From the NCBI GenBank assembly GCA_030141605.1, contig JAQGDQ010001426.1, positions 1-41,706 on the forward strand: a DNA stretch of 41,706 nucleotides. Direction: 5' to 3'. The stretch is from Tubiluchus corallicola (taxonomy: Eukaryota; Animalia; Priapulida). Both the position numbers and the translations under genes were made by a program. Shown piece by piece: positions 32,012 through 41,706 of the stretch. The stretch's first letter is position 1; each line of letters begins with the position of its first letter. The notes beneath the pieces are model-generated. The model did no database searches. It was not told where the DNA came from and saw only the letters and a list, made by a program, of their open reading frames with translations.

Positions 32012-33362
32012 TCTGACTTCTTATACCAATCAGCGTGCAATCAATCAGAGCCACCTATCGACAATAAACAAAATCTCATGACAAACTACGATTGAGCATT
32101 GATAAGACTTGGTTCATCTCTTTTCGTTCAAGTAAAACGATAAAACTGGAAAGATATTTAAAAATTCAGCGTTCTGACTTCTTATATCAATCAACAGAGC
32201 CACCTATCGACAATAAACAAAAACTCATGACAAACTACGACTGAGCATTGATAAGACTTGGTTCATCTCTTTTCATTCAAATAAAACGATAAAACTAGAA
32301 AGATATTTAAAAATTCAGCGTTCTGACTTCTTATATCAATCAGCAGAGCCACCTATCGACAATAAACAAAAACTCATGACAAACTACGATTGAGCTTTGA
32401 TCAGACTAGGTTCATCTCTTTTCATTCTAATAAAACGATAAAACTAGAAAGATATTTAAAAATTCAGCATTCAGTCTTCTTATATCAATCAATCAGAGCC
32501 ACCTATCGACAATAAACAAAATCTCATGACAAACTACGATTGAGCATTGATAAGACTTGGTTCATCTCTTTTCGTTCAAGTAAAACGATAAAACTGGAAA
32601 GATATTTAAAAATTCAGCGTTCTGACTTCTTATATCAATCAACAGAGCCACCTATCGACAATAAACAAAAACTCATGACAAACTACGACTGAGCATTGAT
32701 AAGACTTGGTTCATCTCTTTTCATTCAAATAAAACGATAAAACTAGAAAGATATTTAAAAATTCAGCGTTCTGACTTTTTATACCAATCAGCAGAGCCAC
32801 CTATCTACAATAAACAAAAACTCATGACAAACTACGATTGAGCTTTGATCAGACTAGGTTCATCTCTTTTCATTCAAATAAAACGATAAAACTAGAAAGA
32901 TATTTAAAAATTCAGCATTCTGACTTCTTATACCAATCAGCAGAGCCACCTATCCACAATAAACAAAAACTCATGACAAACTACGACTGAGCATTGATAA
33001 GACTTGGTTCATCTCTTTTCATTCCAATAAAACTAGAAAGATATTTAAAAATTCAGCATTCTGACTTCTTATACCAATCAGCAGAGCCACCTATCGACAA
33101 TAAACAAAAACACATGACAAATTACGATTGAGCATTGATAAGACATGGTTCATCTCTTTTCGTTCAAATAAAATGATAAAACTGGAAAGATATTTAAAAA
33201 TTCAGCATTCTGACTTCTTATACCAATCAGCAGAGCCACCTATCGACAATAAACAAAAACTCATGACAAATTACGATTGAGCATTGATAAGACTTGGTTC
33301 ACCTCTTTTCATTCAAATAAAACGAAAAAAAATGGAAAGATATTTAAAAATTCAGCATTCTG
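32012..33362. repeat. 149-bp tandem array, 9 units, with a trimeric higher-order repeat
   Basis: CAGAGCCACC recurs at 32046, 32195, 32344, 32494, 32643, 32792, 32941, 33082, 33231. Confidence 0.95.
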
Positions 33363-33521
33363 TCCAGAAGTTTCGCTGACTTCCTGCTTGTGATGTCATT
33401 TAAAGTCACTAATAAATTTTGTTGTTCATACTAGTGCACGTAATTAATGTTTATTTGACGTAACGCATTGCAAGGATAAACACACATAAAATGAACGCAC
33501 TTTAGAGGTTATTCAGGTCTA

Positions 33522-33586
33522 TATATAAACGAAAAAGAAAGTTAGTGTTCTTAGTTGAAGTTTGCATATATTTTGGACACTATTAG
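33522..33586 (+). promoter_or_regulatory. Candidate TATA/Inr core promoter and short non-coding first exon (33553-33586)
   Basis: TATATAAA at 33522, Inr-like TTAGTT with its A 31 nt downstream (33553), AG|GTAAGT donor at 33586/33587. Confidence 0.55.
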
Positions 33587-33695
33587 GTAAGTTGTCTCTT
33601 ATAGTTCTACAACTCCACATGTTTTAATAGAGTTTTCGTATTTCGCTTATATGTACGATATGCGTGCTTGCATATCAAAATCATTCGACATTTAA

Positions 33696-34146
33696 CCCTT
33701 TCATATTCGTTGTATCCCGTAGGATACGAGAACATTTTCTGCCTTTAAAATTAATAAAATTTTAAAACTGACAATTATTTGATCTGTCAATAGTTATTTT
33801 GATTTAAGCCAATAACAATAGACAAAAATGGTGATAAAATGGCAAACTAGAAAATCTACATAGCGTAAAAAACTGCGCAAGGTACAGTACTTTAGAGACG
33901 ACTTTGTACAGATCAGTATAGCATGCATACTAAATGTCTTAAATACTTTAAAAAATTATCATCAGTTGCAAAATGAAGCACATTTTATGCTTCCATTGAA
34001 TCCCAATGTATCCCGTGGGATACAGGCTATATTTAGCACGCGGGCACAGGTAGAAAAAAATAATTATTATGTGTAAACAACATACTGAACAAAAGTACCA
34101 AATCAAAAAAATTTCTTATTAAAAAAATAATTTGGGACTGAAAGGG
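33696..34146. mobile_element. piggyBac-like non-autonomous element, copy 2
   Basis: TTAA flanks (33692-33695, 34147-34150), TIR CCCTTTCA/TGAAAGGG; matches 2767-3219. Confidence 0.85.
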
Positions 34147-34703
34147 TTAAGGTTTTCTAACTGAAAAACGTAATCTTGAGCAAATCCTTGTTAAAGTTAG
34201 ACATTGTTTTTTTCGTCGCGTTTCTGCAAAACACTTAGCAACCGCACAAATGTTGGTTGCTACGGACTTTGCAAGAACACATTGAAGTTATGTTTAAATG
34301 CAGTGAGTGGCTCTTCCTGACGAAGATCTGGGTTTGGCAATAGGAAAAAACCTGAAGCAAAATGGCTGATTCCACGAGCTACTACTAGAGTTTGAAATTG
34401 AAGTTTTTGTAATTGCAACGCTAATTTCTAGATAGAAACGTGGGTAAAGGGTTAAAAAATTAGATTTTTAGAATTTTTTAGCATTTTCCTGATGATTTAA
34501 AGCTAGAATATAAAAGTCCAATATATTTAGCATTTGTTTTTATAAAAAATAAAAAAATGACATTTGACCAAATTTTTGGTGCATTCTACTTTGAAGCATC
34601 ATAACGTCGTTAACTATGACGACTTATGGACGTTGTTGGTTTGCAATCACACATTAAATATTTTGCATCAGTTTTATGAAAATTTATTCAAATTTTATCT
34701 TAT

Positions 34704-34875
34704 TGTGTTGTTGTTCTTGTTGCTGCTGCTGTTGTTGTTGTTGTTGTTTTGTTGTTGTTGTTGTTGTGGTTGTTGCCGTTGTTGTTGTTGTTGTTGTTGC
34801 TGCTGCTGCTGCTGTTGTTGCTGTTGTTGTTGTTGTTGTTGTTCTTGTTGATGTTGTTGTTGTTGTTGTTGTTGC

Positions 34876-34906
<31 letters not shown>

Positions 34907-34944
34907 CTTGTTCTTGTTGTTGTTGTTGTTGTTGTTGTTGTTGC

Positions 34945-35029
<85 letters not shown>

Positions 35030-35157
35030 GCTGTTGTTGTTCTTGTTGATATTGTTGTTGTTGTTCTTGTTGTTGTTGTTGTTCTTGTTCTTATTGTTGC
35101 TGTTGCTCTTGCTGTTGTTGTTGTTGTTGTTGTTGTTTTTGTTGTTGTTGTTGTTGT
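34704..35157. repeat. (GTT)n microsatellite
   Basis: Direct reading. Confidence 0.95.
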
Positions 35158-35543
35158 AATTACTATTATTGGTAATGCTAATCATTGTTATTATTTTTAT
35201 TAATTTAATATTTAATATAATAATTTTAATAATTTAATTTAATATATTAATATTAACAATTATTAGAAATCCTAACTTGACACTTAACAAAAGAGCAAGG
35301 AAAAACAAGAAAATATAAATTGTTTTAACATTGAATTTGAACTTTGAGGACTAAGTTTGTTCACAGTCAGTATATATTCATGATTTATCACATCTTCCAT
35401 GAAACACAAAAAAAGGTTTGTCCAGAAAATGAACGATTCGGTCAAAAATGGTTTCCATTGCTCCATCTACTATCATAATTACGAGGTGTTGTTTCACTTC
35501 TTTTGTTTTCAGAACTTACAAGGCAAGCGACACGCAAAGCAAC

Positions 35544-35580
35544 ATGAATTTCCTTGTTTTGATGTCTGTCTTTATAGCAG
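35544..35580 (+). CDS. Candidate start/signal-peptide exon (exon 35513-35580; MNFLVLMSVFIA, phase-1 donor), copy 1
   Basis: Polypyrimidine tttcAG acceptor, CAACATG start context, hydrophobic 12 codons, CAG|GTAAGT donor. Confidence 0.55.
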
Positions 35581-36613
35581 GTAAGTGTAACAAGTCAAGA
35601 GGTGAATTCATGCTTCTCTAATCAAGTAGTCAGAAAAAATCTTGTTGCTTACAGGAGCAGGGAAAACTTAAAGAAAGAGAGGATGATTTTTCATATACTA
35701 CCCCATTTTGAAATCCGAAAAAAGTATACATTTTAACACAATTAATACTACAAAAGCGTTTCTGATAATTATATAATAGATTAAGAACTTGATTTTCAGC
35801 GGCCATGCCCAATTATCGATGACATCACAAACTAACATGATCTCCAACAGCAGAAATTTTCCGCGAGCGTGTTGCAGGTGTTTACGAAAGCGAAAATTTA
35901 AGTTACAGTGCTACTGTAAGATATTCAGTGTGTTGTACTGGCAAGTTTTAAGATAAAAATTCGTATTTCAAATTTATAGCTGTGTGCTCACGCATGAGCT
36001 GTCGAACGTGTGCAGTTCGTCACAAACTAACAGTTCTACAACGCATTGAGAGCTGTAAACCATCTAATGCTCAATTTGCTTTCAAGTTTGTTGGGGCTCC
36101 TAGAAAAGATATTGTTTTATTGCAATTGGAAAGTTTATTTATTGCGTCAAAGAAATCAGAATTTAAAAAACAAACAATAGAAATGTTTAATACGTGTTAG
36201 TTTTTTATCAGTAGAATTCATTGTGCAAGATTAGAACCATTTTGGTCAAAATTTTATCAGTTTTTTCGCTGACCAGACGATTTTGAAACGCTGACCAGAA
36301 AAGTATTATTGAAAGAAACAACTTTTAAAGTTAAAAACTTTAGAGTTTGAAGTGTAAATGAAAGTTATTTCTTTCAATAATTGTGTGACTGTCTGTATAA
36401 GATATCAATGTGCTTGAAGAAGAGTGAGAGGGTGGCATAATTAATATTCATGATTTATCACATCTTCCATGAAACACAAAAAAAGGTTTGTCCAGAAAAT
36501 GAACGATTCGGTCAAAAATGGTTTCCATTGCTCCATCTACTATCATAATTACGAGGTGTTGTTTCACTTCTTTTGTTTTCAGAACTTACAAGGCAAGCGA
36601 CACGCAAAGCAAC

Positions 36614-36650
36614 ATGAATTTCCTTGTTTTGATGTCTGTCTTTATAGCAG
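36614..36650 (+). CDS. Candidate signal-peptide exon, tandem copy 2 (exon 36583-36650)
   Basis: Identical to copy 1. Confidence 0.45.
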
Positions 36651-37699
36651 GTAAGTGTAACAAGTCAAGAGGTGAATTCATGCTTCTCTAATCAAGTAGT
36701 CAGAAAAAATCTTGTTGCTTACAGGAGCAGGGAAAACTTAAAGAAAGAGAGGATGATTTTTCATATACTACCCCATTTTGAAATCCGAAAAAAGTATACA
36801 TTTTAACACAATTAATACTACAAAAGCGTTTCTGATAATTATATAATAGATTAAGAACTTGATTTTCAGCGGCCATGCCCAATTATCGATGACATCACAA
36901 ACTAACATGATCTCCAACAGCAGAAATTTTCCGCGAGCGTGTTGCAGGTGTTTACGAAAGCGAAAATTTAAGTTACAGTGCTACTGTAAGATATTCAGTG
37001 TGTTGTACTGGCAAGTTTTAAGATAAAAATTCGTATTTCAAATTTATAGCTGTGTGCTCACGCATGAGCTGTCGAACGTGTGCAGTTCGTCACAAACTAA
37101 CAGTTCTACAACGCATTGAGAGCTGTAAACCATCTAATGCTCAATTTGCTTTCAAGTTTGTTGGGGCTCCTAGAAAAGATATTGTTTTATTGCAATTGGA
37201 AAGTTTATTTATTGCGTCAAAGAAATCAGAATTTAAAAAACAAACAATAGAAATGTTTAATACGTGTTAGTTTTTTATCAGTAGAATTCATTGTGCAAGA
37301 TTAGAACCATTTTGGTCAAAATTTTATCAGTTTTTTCGCTGACCAGACGATTTTGAAACGCTGACCAGAAAAGTATTATTGAAAGAAACAACTTTTAAAG
37401 TTAAAAACTTTAGAGTTTGAAGTGTAAATGAAAGTTATTTCTTTCAATAATTGTGTGACTGTCTGTATAAGATATCAATGTGCTTGAAGAAGAGTGAGAG
37501 GGTGGCATAATTAATATTTGATTATCAACTGCAATCACTCAGCTTCTCTTTGATCATTGTTTCCAAAAGATTTGATACATTTTTTAGATTTTTCTAGATT
37601 TTATAATTTTGCTATGATCTCACTTCAGTAGATACAGTACATAAAAACATTAATAAATAAAAATAGTAGATAAAATGATCCACATGTTTAAAAACACTG

Positions 37700-37766
37700 C
37701 TCTCTCTCTCTCTCTCTCTCTCTCTGTCTGTCTCTCTCTCTCACTCACTCCCAACTCTCTTTTCCT

Positions 37767-37862
<96 letters not shown>
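37700..37862. repeat. (CT)n microsatellite, mirrored as (GA)n at 40081-40243
   Basis: Direct reading. Confidence 0.95.
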
Positions 37863-37864
<2 letters not shown>

Positions 37865-38754
37865 TTCTTCCGTGCACTAAACACCCTTAGACTCACAGTG
37901 CACCAGTATCAAATCTCAGCTATACAGACATTTGTTACAAAACTGTATGGTGCACTAGATGACTCCTTCTTATCAACGTTTTATTACAGACCTTTCAGTC
38001 TCGCAATCCATCAAATCTGAACTTAGCAGAAGATAAATGTTCTTGGCATCATTCATTGAACGAAGCTGTTTATTTTTTCCTGCATGTTAATGAGCTTAAT
38101 GAAATTCACATTCGGTTAACAAAGACTCAATACTCTAGTCTCCCGCTCTAGTCTAGTCTCCTTACTCTAGTCTCCTGCTAAATCTTCCAGTTTCTAATTG
38201 AATACATCCATCGCATGACGTCATTCAATCACCTCACAATGGCCAATCGGACGCTGTGTTTTGGCTCTAATTGCTTTTCTAGTGGTGGTGCCTGGACTTA
38301 CTCCCACCTCATCGGTAGTTTACATGTGAAGCGCATAATAAGATACACGAAAAGTGCGCGTTCATGGTTACTTTTACACATTAAATTCACTAAATAGCTG
38401 TGAAAGAGAGTACAGAGTGGTGAAGTGTTGAGCTTGGGACACGTGTAATGTGAATGTTCGGTACTCAGAAACGTTAGAAGAAATCCGACTTATTAGTTTC
38501 CCCAATCCATAAAAATCTTAAAAAACCGGCCGATTGTTTAGACTCAATCTCATTTTAATTTGCTATCCAAAATATACATTTTCTTGCCTATAAAAGTTAA
38601 CAATTGTTCCTTATATTTGAATAATTAGCTTAGAAAGCTAATTAACAGCAACCGAACACAGCTATTGCTTACGTCAGAAACTAACCACAGTTTGTGCAAT
38701 GACAGGCTTCTTCGCGGCAAGCACGTTTGCGTAAGTGTATACAGTACTGCTTAA

Positions 38755-39061
38755 ATGTGTGATGTCACGAAAATGGGGTCTACGTCATATGACGTCAGAA
38801 ACTAACACAGCAGTTCATGATCATGCTTATCACTGTACCGCCCTCTATTTGTCGGCCACGCGAATGTGACAAAAAGGCGCCGCTGCCAATCTTAGTAGAT
38901 TCACTGAGCCGCGCGTAGCTTTGAAAGTTTAACGAAATTTGAGCATCCGAGGTAACTATTATTTAATCTAAACTTTGATTTAAAAAAAGCTATTGTAGTT
39001 TTCAATATTTTAAAGCATTCTTTATTCTGAACTCATGTTCACACAATCATCCGGTTTTCCT
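38755..39061 (+). mobile_element. Kolobok-like non-autonomous element
   Basis: TTAA on both flanks (38751-38754, 39062-39065), CCT|TTAA end; relatives at 29266-29555 and ~15705-15815. Confidence 0.65.
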
Positions 39062-39345
39062 TTAAGCACGTGTCACGAATGGATCAAAGCATGCGAAAGG
39101 AATGCGGCGTCTAAGTTGAGCAAGTGCATTCCTAGTTGCTACTGTGTAACTGGTTGGCAAACCGAAGATAACAGACACAGGTTTTATGTTCAGTTTGCGC
39201 ATGTGCAAGTTAGAATGCGTTTTTAAGCAACACGATACATGGTACATACCCCAAATTTCTACTCTAAACTGACTCTTAAAAAACTCACAGACACGTACTG
39301 ATAAAGGCAGATTTAAAATGGCTTCGTTTCAAACACCATTGTTAC

Positions 39346-39940
39346 GTTTCCACTGTACTTGATAATGGTTTAGTATTTGCAGGATTGCCATGTTTCCACT
39401 GTACTTGATAATGGTTTAGTATTTGCAGGATTGCCATGTTTCCACTGTACTTGATAATGGTTTAGTATTTGCAGGATTGCCATGTTTCCACTGTACTTGA
39501 TAATGGTTTAGTATTTGCAGGATTGCCATGTTTCCACTGTACTTGATAATGGTTCAGCATTTGCAGGATTGCCATGTTTCCACTGTACTTGATAATGGTT
39601 TAGTATTTGCAGGATTGCCATGTCTCCACTGTACTTGATAATGGTTCAGCATTTGCAGGATTGCCATGTTTCCACTGTACTTGATAATGGTTTAGTATTT
39701 GCAGGATTGCCATGTTTCCACTGTACTTGATAATGGTTTAGTATTTGCAGGATTGCCATGTTTCCACTGTACTTGATAATGGTTTAGTATTTGCAGGATT
39801 GCCATGTTTCCACTGTACTTGATAATGGTTTAGTATTTGCAGGATTGCCATGTTTCCACTGTACTTGATAATGGTTTAGTATTTGCAGGATTGCCATGTT
39901 TCCACTGTACTTGATAATGGTTTAGTATTTGCAGGATTGC
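39346..39940. repeat. 46-bp minisatellite (TGTTTCCACTGTACTTGATAATGGTTTAGTATTTGCAGGATTGCCA), ~13 units
   Basis: Period 46 counted directly; units nearly identical. Confidence 0.95.
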
Positions 39941-40078
39941 GAGACTGAAAGGTCTGTAATAAAACGTTGATAAGAAGGAGTCATCTAGTGCACCATACAG
40001 TTTTGTAACAAATGTCTGTATAGCTGAGATTTGATACTGGTGCACTGTGAGTCTAAGGGTGTTTAGTGCACGGAAGAA

Positions 40079-40176
<98 letters not shown>

Positions 40177-41706
40177 AGGAAAAGAGAGTTGGGAGTGAGT
40201 GAGAGAGAGAGACAGACAGAGAGAGAGAGAGAGAGAGAGAGAGCAGTGTTTTTAAACATGTGGATCATTTTATCTACTATTTTTATTTATTAATGTTTTT
40301 ATGTACTGTATCTACTGAAGTGAGATCATAGCAAAATTATAAAATCTAGAAAAATCTAAAAAATGTATCAAATCTTTTGGAAACAATGATCAAAGAGAAG
40401 CTGAGTGATTGCAGTTGATAATCAAATATTAATTATGCCACCCTCTCACTCTTCTTCAAGCACATTGATATCTTATACAGACAGTCACACAATTATTGAA
40501 AGAAATAACTTTCATTTACACTTCAAACTCTAAAGTTTTTAACTTTAAAAGTTGTTTCTTTCAATAATACTTTTCTGGTCAGCGTTTCAAAATCGTCTGG
40601 TCAGCGAAAAAACTGATAAAATTTTGACCAAAATGGTTCTAATCTTGCACAATGAATTCTACTGATAAAAAACTAACACGTATTAAACATTTCTATTGTT
40701 TGTTTTTTAAATTCTGATTTCTTTGACGCAATAAATAAACTTTCCAATTGCAATAAAACAATATCTTTTCTAGGAGCCCCAACAAACTTGAAAGCAAATT
40801 GAGCATTAGATGGTTTACAGCTCTCAATGCGTTGTAGAACTGTTAGTTTGTGACGAACTGCACACGTTCGACAGCTCATGCGTGAGCACACAGCTATAAA
40901 TTTGAAATACGAATTTTTATCTTAAAACTTGCCAGTACAACACACTGAATATCTTACAGTAGCACTGTAACTTAAATTTTCGCTTTCGTAAACACCTGCA
41001 ACACGCTCGCGGAAAATTTCTGCTGTTGGAGATCATGTTAGTTTGTGATGTCATCGATAATTGGGCATGGCCGCTGAAAATCAAGTTCTTAATCTATTAT
41101 ATAATTATCAGAAACGCTTTTGTAGTATTAATTGTGTTAAAATGTATACTTTTTTCGGATTTCAAAATGGGGTAGTATATGAAAAATCATCCTCTCTTTC
41201 TTTAAGTTTTCCCTGCTCCTGTAAGCAACAAGATTTTTTCTGACTACTTGATTAGAGAAGCATGAATTCACCTCTTGACTTGTTACACTTACCTGCTATA
41301 AAGACAGACATCAAAACAAGGAAATTCATGTTGCTTTGCGTGTCGCTTGCCTTGTAAGTTCTGAAAACAAAAGAAGTGAAACAACACCTCGTAATTATGA
41401 TAGTAGATGGAGCAATGGAAACCATTTTTGACCGAATCGTTCATTTTCTGGACAAACCTTTTTTTGTGTTTCATGGAAGATGTGATAAATCATGAATATA
41501 TACTGACTGTGAACAAACTTAGTCCTCAAAGTTCAAATTCAATGTTAAAACAATTTATATTTTCTTGTTTTTCCTTGCTCTTTTGTTAAGTGTCAAGTTA
41601 GGATTTCTAATAATTGTTAATATTAATATATTAAATTAAATTATTAAAATTATTATATTAAATATTAAATTAATAAAAATAATAACAATGATTAGCATTA
41701 CCAATA
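39934..41706 (-). repeat. Right arm of long inverted duplication (runs off the window)
   Basis: Reverse complement of the left arm with a single copy of the 1070-bp unit. Confidence 0.95.
41293..41329 (-). CDS. Candidate signal-peptide exon, inverted copy 3 (exon 41360-41293)
   Basis: Reverse complement of copy 1. Confidence 0.45.

Larger units (their letters stand above)
35374..37518. repeat. 1070-bp tandem duplication with 5-bp ATATT junction microhomology
   Basis: Identical ORFs offset by exactly 1070 (35399/36469, 35630/36700, 35982/37052). Confidence 0.95.
35167..38009 (+). repeat. Left arm of long inverted duplication (includes the 1070-bp tandem duplication)
   Basis: 2843 bp = 1773-bp right arm + 1070; identical ORF translations mirrored on the opposite strand. 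Confidence 0.95.

Noticed and set aside
34316-34352. Hammerhead candidate CTGACGAAGATC
   Set aside because: No matching stem II or GAAAC...TH downstream.
38703-39226. Cys-rich reading frame (KCIQYCLSTCHEWIKAC...KCIPSCYC) restored by removing the TTAA element, and a 40-nt candidate exon at 38691-38730
   Set aside because: No convincing polypyrimidine acceptor, phase compatibility is uncertain and no family is recognised; too speculative without transcripts.

Overview
AT-rich eukaryotic genomic DNA, probably an invertebrate animal (spliceosomal introns, metazoan 5S sequence); no prokaryotic genes or CRISPR. Genes read from the sequence: (1) a single-coding-exon secreted EGF-repeat protein (896-2569, minus; 12 full EGF units plus two 4-Cys truncated units); (2) a clan-2 (CYP2-like) cytochrome P450 on plus, 7 exons from 6432 to 17913, whose N-terminal exons are not in the window, so the EGF gene may be nested antisense in a P450 intron; (3) a complete 6-exon, 314-aa cytosolic sulfotransferase on minus (28826-20523), tail-to-tail with the P450; (4) the probable 5' end of an unannotated secreted-protein gene (TATA/Inr at 33522-33553, signal-peptide exon at 35513-35580), present in three copies through a 1070-bp tandem duplication and a >=1.77-kb apparently perfect inverted duplication. 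Introns hold many mobile elements: LINE fragments, a 5S-rRNA-derived SINE, hAT-, piggyBac- and Kolobok-like MITEs, a probable solo LTR and a decayed Penelope-type hammerhead. The most unusual pattern is repeated tandem amplification at splice junctions. Three unrelated intronic minisatellites all have a 31-bp period, one giving about 54 copies of an AG/GTGAGT-type donor and one about 28 acceptor-like sites. There is also a 33-bp duplicated acceptor carrying an in-frame stop and a 47-bp duplicated donor. Exon boundaries were derived by hand from GT-AG sites and reading-frame continuity; repeat boundaries and copy numbers are approximate, and no database searches were run.
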